Source: Monocercomonoides exilis PA203
Taxonomy: Eukaryota; Protista; Preaxostyla
Length of the DNA: 64,000 nt
Reading direction: 5' to 3'
NCBI GenBank assembly: GCA_001643675.2
Contig: LSRY02000037.1
Span: 682,001 to 746,000 of the forward strand
In this document: positions 14,109 through 24,770 of the stretch, one piece after another
Layout: the number at the start of each line of letters is the position of its first letter
Numbering within the stretch: position 1 is the first letter of the stretch
Notes under the pieces: generated by a model
The model's database searches: none
Seen by the model: the letters and a program-made list of their open reading frames with translations, nothing else
What the model was told of the DNA's origin: nothing
Position numbers and translations under genes: made by a program

Positions 14109-16415
14109 ATGTCGTTTTCAAAACGCAAATCGACATGAAATTCTCGATGCAATGTTCTATGGAAAGAAATCAAGCGCATCGGCGGAGATGATATGGATTC
14201 GTTGCTTGCCTATTTGTTTAACACTTACAAGCAATCATCTTTAGTAATTAACGATTTATTGAAGTCTTTGAATGGTTTGGTTTTATATTTTTTTGTATTG
14301 TGAAGAAAATATTATTTTTTCCTCTCTGTGATTTTTTTCTTTTTGATTTGTTAATTAATTATTTTTTTTTAAACAGAATATCACATAAAGCTGCTGGAAG
14401 ACCTGTCTGTGGTGTACAACAACGCTCCGTTGCACACTCAGACAATAATGCTGCAAGCGCTTTCCCGCAACACATCATTATCCGATTTACAAGACTATGG
14501 ATATGATGTCATAGAAGGCAAATTTATTTACGCGAAACAAACATTAAAGAAAAACCAAGGTTTCATCATTCCGCCACAAAAACCTCACCTTCCGTCTTGC
14601 AAAAGTGGTATGAATTAATTTTAATATTTTTGAATAATTTTCTCTGTTTATTTTAGGCTTAAATGAACAGGATTGGGAAAAGGGCAACAACTGGATGTTA
14701 GCCCATTCCACTGAAGCCTCAACTTCGCTTCAGTCAGCAAAGAAAAAGCAGCGAGCTGAGCCAGATTACGCCAGATTTATTGATGAAAATGCCTGGGAAA
14801 ATGAAATTGTTACAGAAAACTCTTCTTCAAATAAAAAACCATCTTCTTCTTCTTCAACATCATCTCAACTCAATAAAAATTCTAAAACCATTTCAGAAAA
14901 AAATTCTCCTTCTTCAAATTCTTCTTTTTCTCAAGCTGTTGATGCCCCAATCAGTACTCCTATTAGGAGAGAAAGGGGTCCAACAAAAAACCAAAATAAA
15001 AATTCATATCACAAGCGTCATTCTTCTCCATCTCCAATACCAATTCACAAAATATTCAAATCAAAAACTTCTTCTTCGCAAATTTCAATTTCAAAAAAAT
15101 TGAAAGAAAAAATAAATTCTTCATCATTTCAGAATGATAATGTGTTTGTGAGCGACCAATTGGTCGATTATGCCACTTCACCCACATTAATTCCACCTCA
15201 AGCATTTCAAACCCTCTTTTCTTCATTTTCAAAAAACAATGACACTTCAACAGTTCAACAACGAAGCATTCAATCTTCAAATAATGAAATATCGATTCAA
15301 AACAATTCTTCAAAAAATATTTCGAAAATGAATGCTTAAGAAAATTCAATTAAAAATCATTCTCATTCACAATCTTCTTCCAATTCTTCAAATTCTTCAA
15401 ATAGTGAATCACAAATTAGAAAAGGATTGCCAAACTTAGGCAACACTTGCTATTTGGCTTCTCTTCTTCAATGTTTCTTTTCATTAATGTAACAAAAACC
15501 ATCTTTAATCAAAAAACAAACAACTTTGAAGAACACATCTTCGCGTGTTGTAAGTGTTTGTCATCAATTGGCTAAAGATGGAACGGCAGTGCGTTCATGG
15601 GTCCCATCTCTTATTGACAAATGGGAAGACTTTTGTGGATATAGCAGCAGACAGCAACAAAATGTGACTGAGGCGTTTGACAATCTTCACCAACTTCTTC
15701 AAAACGATAAGATAATTGAAAAGGATACTTTTAATCCTGTTTTGATAACTCATTTCAAATGCCAAAAATGCCAAAAAATTTCATCACGTTTCAACGAAGT
15801 TTGTAACAATGTTGTTATTAATTCTTCCTCGACTCATAATGGATTATCTTCTCTCTTCGCTTCAGAGATATTGGATAAAAAGAATAGTGAATATTGTGAT
15901 GCATGCAAGGAAAAATGCTGTGCTGCGAGATGGGAGGAAATGGCTGCATTTCCAGAGGTGCTAGCCCTCTGTCATGAATGCACTGATTCTGCTAGTTCAG
16001 CACCTTCGAGAACATTTCTAATGGAAACAGACAGAGTCAATCAACGCACGTTTTGTAAAGGGTTTTCATCTAAAGATATTCAACATCTTCAAAAAGATAA
16101 TCAAGAAACCATCATATATCATTTTTCTGGACAAATACTATTCAAACGTCTGGATCAACAAAACGGGCATTACATAGCTGAAGTGAAAAGGAAGGCAGGA
16201 AGAGATGCATTGTGGAATATTTGCAATGATTCTGATATCTTTGATATGGACAAAGAGAACTGGAATTCATCATGGAAAGATTTTTACTCCCAGAATTACA
16301 CACCTTCACTTTCATTCTATATCAAAGAAAAAACAAAACCAACACTGTCAACTTTTCAATTTGGTGGTTCATCTTCTTCTTTTGAACGATCAAATAATAA
16401 CACATCAAATAACAT

Positions 16416-16454
<39 letters not shown>

Positions 16455-17826
16455 GTCTCCATTCATCACACCACCTCATCGAATAACTTCCATTCCTCAA
16501 CTCTCTTCGTCTATTTCAACAAGTTATGGATTGGAAGCACTGAAAGAAAAAAGAAAGAAAACGGGCATCTTTTCTCCGAATGAAAAGAGATTAATCTTCA
16601 AACCCAAAACAAAATTATGGAAAGAGTTTTGCGAAGAAACAAACATCAAAGTTTCTCTGTCACATTTCAACAAACTCACCACCAACTTCTCTAAAGCGAA
16701 AAGGCGTACTGATCTTTGTGGAATGAGTGAGAAGTTGAACTATTTGGAGAACAAACTGAAATCTTCACAAAACAAAAATGGACTTTCTTCTGCTGAGTTT
16801 CATACACTCAAACTTCTTCGACAACATCGTCTTGTTGCAGAAATGCAACGTTAACACTATCAATCAACTGTCGACAATCTGAAAGAGGGAGAAGCAGTCT
16901 TCGTCTTCGACTTTAAAGAAAAATGGAAACTCCCTATCAGAAAAAACCAACTTCAACAAGAATTCTTTTATTATCAACAAGTATCTCAGTTCACTGTTAT
17001 TTCACTTCAAAAAATAAATGATCAACAAATAAAACGAACTTTCAACTTCTTCTCCGACTGCCTCTCAAATGATCACAGATTTGTTATTGAGTGTCTGGAA
17101 TCTGTGATCAAAAGACACTTCTTCACAGACACTCACACTTTTAAGTTCTTCTGCGATTCGGGTCCACACAACCGTAATCGCTTCCTTCTTCACTTCATTC
17201 TCTCCAAACAATCAAAACTTCTCAAAAAGAAAAATACTCAACTCAACTTCTTCGCTGAGCACCATGGAAAAAATATATGTGACAGTGAATTTGGTGCGTT
17301 AGTGAATGCAATCGACAACAATCTTTCGACAGAACACATCACCACACTTCATGATTTGATCAACTTCTTCGAAAACAACATGAACACTTCGACATCAGCT
17401 TCTTTAACTTCACAATCAAACATTTTTTCAACATCATCATCAAACTCTTCACCATCTTCGACATCTGTCAATGACTTTGTGCATGAGATGTACTTTGAAG
17501 AATATGAACCATCTCAACAAATTTCATGGCCATCGCTGTCAGTTCCCCACATGTGGGACTACTTATATTTTGAGCGCAAGGGCTCATTTGTCTGTGCTTC
17601 AGCTGTTGGATATCTTCCTCAACGCCCTCTGGTTGCCCTCGAATCTTCGACAATGAAAGTAAAAGTCCAAAGATCAAGAAAGTCATTTCACTCTGATATC
17701 ACATCATCTAACTCTTCTCTTCTTTCTCAATCTTCTCAAGATCTTCTTTCAAGGAGATTTGAGCTTCTTCTTGACTCTTCTTCTATTTTTGAATCTCAAA
17801 ATTGTATTAATGGTGTCCCTTTTTAA
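14109..17826 (+). pseudogene. Ubiquitin-specific protease (peptidase C19) - Sola2-like DDD transposase fusion; exons 14109-14274, 14377-14607, 14657-17826
   Basis: GT-AG introns 14275-14376 and 14608-14656 join the frames. ORFs 14695-15339, 15526-16854 and 17104-17826 share one frame. USP Cys box GLPNLGNTCYLASLLQC (Cys 15448), CQKC/CDAC zinc ribbon, His box NGHYIAEVK...WNICNDSDI (His 16168). Transposase motifs VFDFKEKW (16909), FFCDSGPHNRN (17155), FFAEHHGKNICDSEFG (17281). In-frame stops are TGA 14136, TAA 15337, TAA 15490 and TAA 16852. Confidence 0.85.
16415..16454 (+). repeat. (TCA)n microsatellite encoding a poly-Ser linker between the USP and transposase domains
   Basis: About 13 tandem TCA units, in frame as Ser. 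Confidence 0.9.
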
Positions 17827-18744
17827 GAAACTAGTTGTTGTGTATGCTTAGCTGGCACTCTATCGGAAGGGTGCTGGACATGACTGTTCGTATTTGATAT
17901 TGCAGCCTTCGGGCTGCAATATCCGGACCTGGATACGACGAACAGCCTCCCAGGTGCATAATAGTTAGAATCCGATTGTTTTCTTGTGGTTTTTGTCCCT
18001 GATGTGTCTCTATAATTAAATTGGTTATTTTCCCGCTTATATTTGTATTTATCGAGATTCAAAAATAGAGAGAGTTGTGAGGGAATTCATTGATCTTTGG
18101 GTGAGGTTTTTGGAAGGGAGAGTTGTTTTGAGTGTGAAGTGATGTTTTCATCATTGTGTTTGTCTTTTTTTTTTTGTTGGTTTTGATCTTTTTGAGTCAA
18201 AGATAGAGAAATGTCAGAAAGTGGAGAGTGGATGGAAAACAGAGGGAAAACAGTCAAGTTTGTTTTTGAACTTTTTATACAAGTATTCTTTTTTGTTTGG
18301 AATTGTCTTTGATACTACGAATTTGTTGAAATAGTTCTGTTTCTTCTTGTATTTTTTATTGTTCAAAATTGTTGACATTTAGTTAACATTTGGTGATTGT
18401 TTTGATGATTATGTGATGGAATTATGTTAAATTGAAAATTATTGAATCTGATTTGAAAATTTCTGACTGTTTTCAATTTTAATAATGATTAATTTCATGA
18501 AGTACTTTTTGTTTTTTAATGTCATTTTGAATGAAAACGATTGATTTTTTTTTAACGTATTTTTTTTCATTTCACTGATTTTCTATGAAATCTCAAAACA
18601 ATGGAAAATTGATGTTTGAAAAAATTAAATGAAATAGTTACAACAAGATCATCAATAGTTGTGAAATAAGAACCATTTAATAAAGCCTTTGCGACAAGGA
18701 AAAATTGAACGATGATTGTCGGTCGATTGGAAAAACCAATGTCG

Positions 18745-18746
<2 letters not shown>

Positions 18747-18790
<44 letters not shown>
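18747..18790 (+). repeat. Poly-T homopolymer (44 nt) inside the hAT end
   Basis: Directly visible. Confidence 0.9.
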
Positions 18791-18791
<1 letters not shown>

Positions 18792-19489
18792 AGACATGAA
18801 AGTTTTTATCTTTGTTGAATAATTCGATTGAACAAAAACAAATAAATAAATAACAAAAAATTTAAGAAATATGTTTCAATTTTTCAAAGATCGAAAATAC
18901 CATAATTATGAATAATTTTATCCTAATAATGTGTTTGATCAAAATAATTAATTGTTTAACTGATGAATCGTCAAATATATAGTGTTGTAAGCTTCGCATT
19001 TCATAAATATTGATGGCATATATTTAATGTCTGTAGTATGTTTTTTGCTTCTCGCCAATTTCATTTTGTTCTCAAAAATGATCTTTGTTAATGAACTATT
19101 ATTTCACTCTCGCATTTTTCAATGCACAATCATTTCAACCTGTTTGAGAATTTTAAGAATTTGCTAATTTCATAGGTAGTGGATGATTGAGCATAAGCTT
19201 TTAGAAATTTCACACACTTTTACGATCCTTTAAAATTTTGATTTGAATTGTGTTTTGATTATTTTCATTTTATTGTTTTTGTATAGATTTCAATTGATTT
19301 TTTAAAATAAACGCAATTTCAAATCGATAATTGAATAAAAGTTTATTTTTTCAAAGAAAAATTTAGATTTTTAGTGTTTGAAAGTTGAGAAAATTATTAA
19401 ATGTTTTAACTGTAGATTTTTCACAATAATTTTAACTCTTTCATTTGAAAAAATATCAAATAATGAACTTTGAAATATTAACAATTTGA

Positions 19490-20640
19490 GAATGACACAT
19501 TTAAGCAAGTTCAGAAGGTTTTTGAGAAACTGAGATGCAGACATAGACCAGGAGCAGTGAAGGAAAGTCGCACGGGAGGCGTGGAAAATGAAAAAGGATA
19601 TGAAAATGAAGTTTGTTTATGAGAAGCTGTTTTTGTATTCGGAATCAGAAGAGCTTCTTCTTTCTGAGAGTGGGAAAACCGAATATATCTTGTGGAGAGA
19701 CTCAGACAAGATCCCTCAATGGATATAGGAAAAGGAGGAAGACGAAGAAACAGAAGAGGAAACGAGAGAGAGATTTCCAGAGTCATCCGTTTCATCCACT
19801 TCAACGAGTGATTCAGATTCAACTTTTGTTCGATCGAAGAGTCTGTGCCCAACAACCTCATCAATGTCGAACTTGGTGGATGCAATGGCATGCTCATCTA
19901 CTCATGAGAAACTGATTGTGGATTTGAGGGATTCTCTGTTCATGTTGCTTCATGGAAGGAGCGAGAAAAAGGAGATGGCGATTGGCACTTTGAAGGAGAG
20001 AGAAGTGACAGCTGCTCGGGTTTTATTGGAGGTGGCGAATGAGACAATTTCACTCGTTTTGTGAGACGGAAGATCTGCTTTTATCGTTAGCTAGTCTGAG
20101 TCTTCATGTTGCGTTGTTCTCTGAGCATGCCATCACCTGCATTTATCTTTATTCAGATTGTTTTGATGATTCCGATTCGTAATCAATCTCTTCAAGCTCC
20201 GCAATTGAAATATCTCATTTGATGTTCCGATGATGAGCGAGAGATTCGTAGATTCACTACTGCTACCATCTGTTCTTGAGGATGAGGATGACACCTTGAA
20301 GGAGTGTTTGAGGTGGAAAGTGGCAGAGCTACTGACAAATAAGAAGATGGAAGCAACGAATGAATCAGCTGTACTCTCGATTGGAATGATGCTGTGGGAG
20401 CGTTTGACACTCCAGATCCCATTTGGGGAGTACGACGCAGTGATTGCAGGAAACAAGATTACCAAAGGAGAAAGAATAAACGCTTCTGTAGTCAGCATGT
20501 CAACATATTTTGAGTCTGTAAAAGCGTTCGTAGCATCAAAAGCATCATGTAGACCAACATTTGTCGAATTGAAAAAACCGTTTGTTCAGTATTTTTCAAA
20601 AGGAACTGTGTTTGGAACAGAATCCGATGCAATTTCTTGA
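19490..20640 (+). pseudogene. C-terminal fragment of a tyrosine-kinase-like (pseudo)kinase family gene, located inside the hAT element
   Basis: ECLRWKVAELL...AVLSIGMMLWERLTLQIPFGEYDAVIAG...CRPTFVELK matches kinase subdomains VIII-XI (W.APE, DVxSxGMxLWExxTxxxPF, RPT). The upstream part has several stops and frameshifts. Confidence 0.75.
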
Positions 20641-20998
20641 AGAAAATAGCAAATAAAAGCAAAAAAATAGCGGAAGCGTGCAAAATGGATTCATGGAATA
20701 CTCATGAGATGTTCATCCTGAGACATTTTGAAAGAATTTTTTATATAAGTTTAGAAAATAAGAAGTTTTTCAATCGGTCGAAGGATTATAACCTTTTTTG
20801 CTGGAATGATCAAAAGTTTTGCTCAAGAAAAGATGGAAGATAGATATTAAAAAAAATTGATGAGGAAGTCAGTATTCATGTGACTTCATAAATTGTTAAC
20901 ATATGTTTTTGCATGGAGATGCTGTTCGTGAAAGAGAAAATTAGAGAATGTTAACAATTTTTGTTTGAAAATGCATCATATCGAAAAATAAAGTCAAC

Positions 20999-23900
20999 TT
21001 ATGCATTAAAAAAATGTTTGTTTATGAACTTATGGAGATGTGATTTAAAAATAATAATTGTCAAAATTTCAAAAATAGAAATTGCTTTATATTGAAAAGC
21101 GTTATATGATAAAAAACAAAGGAGCATATTAAATGAACAAAAATGAAAAAAAAACGAAAGAAAAAGTAAATTATTGAGAGTTTCCAAAGAAAGAGAGTGC
21201 CTTCTATCCCCAACAATACGTCGAAGTCGAGAAAAGAGGCGCTCACAAGAAGCTTCGCTACACGGAAACGTAACCAAGGCGAAACAAACGTTCGAAAATA
21301 TCGAATGAAACATGCCAGACTTACTAATTTCTGCAAAAAAAACAAATAAATTATTCTGTAGAAATGATTGATGGCAATCAAGAAGAAATGAAGAATACAA
21401 AGCTTCAAGCTTTTCCTTGAAGTTTTCCGTTTGGTTCAGAAAAACTTTTGATATATAACCATGAAATCCACTTTTCATTCTTATGAACCAGTCCATATTA
21501 ATTTTCTCTTGGATGTTTCTTGTTTCTTCAACCTTTTGCTCTAAATTTTTAAAAGTTCCAATTTCAATTTGTTCATTTGAACCTATGAAAACAATATCTT
21601 CTTCATTTTCTTCATTTTTCTTTTCTTCATCATCGTCCATATCATCCGTTTCATTTTTTCCTTTTTCTTCAGAACAATCTTCATTTTCTTTTCTCCTTTT
21701 GTTACGAGTGTTGTGAGTAACATTTTCTTTCATTGATGATGCAGAAGATTCAGATTTTTCCGTGTATTCATCTTCTTCAGAGTCGCTTTCAGCTTGTAAA
21801 AGTCCAAACTCATCGTCATCTGTTTCATCTGTTTTCTCCTCATGTTTTGAAGAAGATTCTTCACATTTTGTTGAAGAGTTTTCTTCGATAATTTGAAGAA
21901 GTTGAACAATTCGAGAATATTCAGCAAATGAGTTTTCTTTTTTTTCAGAGACTTTGGCTGAAGAAGACTGATTTGACGGAGGAATGAAGGATGGGTCTGA
22001 ATTTGAATTTTCATGGAGTGATGGATTAAGTGACTGAAGTGCTGAATAAAACGAATCAATTGAAAAAGGGTTATATGTGTATTTTGACGAAGAAGAAGGA
22101 AAATCGAATGACAATTTATTTGCAAAAATATCGCTATCTATTGGACTTCTGGACTCAAAGATTTGTTTTGAGGTTTTCGAAAATAATTCTTTCTTTCGGT
22201 CACTTCGTTTTTCGAAGATAAAAGTTCTCAGATCATAATCGACAACTTGATTTGATGAGATTTGTCTAATGTTCATTGATGAATTTGATGAAGAATTTGA
22301 AGGAGAACTTGATGAAGAATCAGAAAAAGATGAAGACGATAGGGAGGAAACTAAAAAGGATTCGAAGGACGAAGACGAAATAGAAGATGATGGCATATGT
22401 TTTGATTGCTCTAATGAATATAATGGATTCATTTTTTTAGAAGTGTTTTGAATCAAGTTTTGTTGATTTGTTTTTGATTCAGAGTTTTTCGTTGTTTGAT
22501 CCAATGTTACACTACGAAAAACAAGTTCGTAATTCGCTTTCAGCCTATTCAATTCTTGGTTGTATGACTCAGAAAAAGAACCCAATTGATAGTTTTTTCT
22601 CCCTCCAGGAGTCAATGAAAAGGCCAAAGAGATCAGGTTTCCCCTGTCACCTGCAAAAAAATAATTAAACAAAAGGATTATAATATCACATAAACCAGAT
22701 TGCCAGTTTTCTTCAGAGAATTCTTCAAGGTCCTGCATCCATGAGTAGTGTGCAAATGCTTTCACCAGCAGAGGGAATACATCTCCCAACTTCGTTTCAT
22801 CTTTTTCGAACTGTAACTGAAGTTCTCTTAAGGGAAATAATAGTAGTTCACATTTGATAACATTTTCTATGAAAATCAATTCCTGTAATTTTGAAAAATT
22901 ATCATCATGAAAATGTTTTCTAATAAAAAAACAAATATCATAAATGCAAAGCCATCTTGTTTCTATGAAAGAAGGGCATTTTGGTGTTGAGGGTTGCCTG
23001 CGGGAAATCACCTTCGCTTGTTTCGTAAATGTAATAATTGCATCTTTCTGTTTTCCGAAAAATTCGTTGTTGTTGAAAAAATGAGATACAACTAAGTTTA
23101 ATAAATGATTGCAACAATAAATAAAAATTGGTGGTGTTCCTTTGTAAAATGACAAAGATTTTTCTGTAGTGGTTTCTTCTGAAAGGCTCTGAATTGCAAG
23201 CTTCTGAGGAAGCAAGCCATCTGTGCAAAAGCACCGAACTTCTCCGTGTAAATCTTTTATTTCAGTCATGATTTGGACTGCTAATTGCGAATAATCAAAG
23301 GACGAATAGCACGCTTTAACTAATTTATAAAACATTGGCTTAGCACCCGGATTCAACGGAACCACAGTTACTGCAGTGTACTTTTTGCCAACAATTACTC
23401 CACCGTCAATCATAATTCCGACTGAAGAATTGAAAATTGCAGCATCCCTTTCTTTAATTGCACCTTCCACTTCCTCATGAATTATTGAAGATAGTTTTCT
23501 GTAATTCAATGTGGGAAATATGGTTTCGGGAGAAAATGATGGATTTTGTTGAGAAATCTGTATGAGAGAAGAAATGAAATTATTAAACTCAGATGAATAA
23601 GCGGATAAAAATGCAATGTTACAATGTCCAATTAACCTCAAAAATTGTTTTTTCAATAAATCATATTGAAAATGAAATGGAACTTCTTTTTTATTTGAGT
23701 AATAAGTTGTTTGATTGAGAGGTTGATGCTGCTTCATAAATTTAACGATTGATGAATTAGTCAAAAGTAAACATTGATGATTAATTATTCGATCACATCC
23801 TTTTCTTCCGGAAACTCCACAATTAACTCCTTCTTTGCTGTTTGGACACAAATAATAAATATGTCCATCTTTTTTCAACGTTCCATCATTTTTCACAGGT

Positions 23901-24050
23901 GTGTCAGCTATCCAAACTGAATTTTTTTGAATTTCAAAGTGAACTTTTCCTATGTCTTCTCCAGTGTTATTAGGGTGCCTGTAAACTTGATAATAATCAA
24001 AACAAATGAAATGATATAATTTTTAATCAAAACTTGAAAATATCAAACAT
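20999..24050 (-). CDS. hAT transposase (~1000 aa), probable short first exon and intron 23979-24033
   Basis: Uninterrupted 965-aa ORF, open upstream to 23978. It has an N-terminal Cys/His cluster (LCPN...NCG...NHQC), GIMIDGG, FCTDGL, YCCNHLLNL (CxxH), ETRW and the C-terminal PCSEASCERLFSRLRRIVGDRRHSLS dimerisation motif. The start could be ATG 24050 or 24077. Confidence 0.88.
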
Positions 24051-24317
24051 TTTCCAAAAATAGTTGATTTTGAACATTCCAACTCAACAAATGAACAATC
24101 ACTTTTTTTTAGCTCTTCTATTTTTTTGCTTAATGCAGCACTCTTTTGTAAAAAAAAAAATGAAATAAAAAAGTTTCTGTCAAATTTTGTCTAATGTTAA
24201 ATTCAAACGATTTCTTTAGATTTTGCACTGTTTTGTAATTCCAAAGGCAAGCTCCTTAAAAAATCCTCATATGTTGTCAATTGATACATGATATCTATGA
24301 AATAATCAATATTTCCG

Positions 24318-24384
24318 TTCGACCGACTGATCTATTCGACCGACTGATCTATTCGACAGACTGATCTATTCGACAGACTGATCT
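24318..24384. repeat. Four tandem 17-bp units TTCGACMGACTGATCTA (hAT subterminal repeats)
   Basis: Directly visible. The same core recurs inverted as GTCGGTCG/GTCTGTCG at about 18718, 24674 and 24705, next to both TIRs. Confidence 0.9.
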
Positions 24385-24770
24385 TTGTCGAAAAAATGAA
24401 TTTTTGAAACAAGGGAAAAATATAAAATCTTATGTTAAAAAAAGGACAATAAGTTATTTTTCATGGACTAATGATAATTTTTTTATTTCGAAACCATGAA
24501 AAATCAATTTCTTAATAGCAAAATGTTAAAAATTATTCATTTCCATCAAAAACAGATAATTGTTGATTTGTTTGTTTTTCTATTAATAAATCAAAATATT
24601 GAGATACCATGATAAGAAAAAACGAATAAATGAAATGAAAATGAAATTAATATAAATAGAAATATTTTGCATTGTCGGTCGACTTGTCGAACACTTTGGA
24701 AAATGTCGGTCTGTCGCAAAGGCTAACATTTAATAGTAAAATCTTTTCAAAAAGATTTTTTAAAAGTTTG

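Larger units (their letters stand above)
18682..24726 (-). mobile_element. hAT-superfamily DNA transposon, ~6.0 kb
   Basis: TIR core AGCCTTTGCGACA at 18684-18696 with its exact inverse at 24712-24724. Direct repeat CATTTAAT(A) at 18674-18681/2 and 24727-24734/5 fits the 8-bp hAT target-site duplication. Encodes a hAT transposase. End positions are uncertain by 1-2 bp. Confidence 0.85.

Noticed and set aside
14695-17826. TAA read as Gln (alternative genetic code), which would make the fusion gene intact
   Set aside because: Exon 1 also has an in-frame TGA. Nearly all Gln codons are CAA/CAG. The 965-aa hAT ORF and other long ORFs have no internal TAA/TAG and end at TAA.
18747-18790. Poly-A tail of a retrocopy
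   Set aside because: The adjacent kinase fragment is on the wrong strand, and no target-site duplication or retroelement body is visible.
24318-24384. CRISPR-like array
   Set aside because: The units are contiguous with no spacers, there are no cas genes, and the context is eukaryotic.
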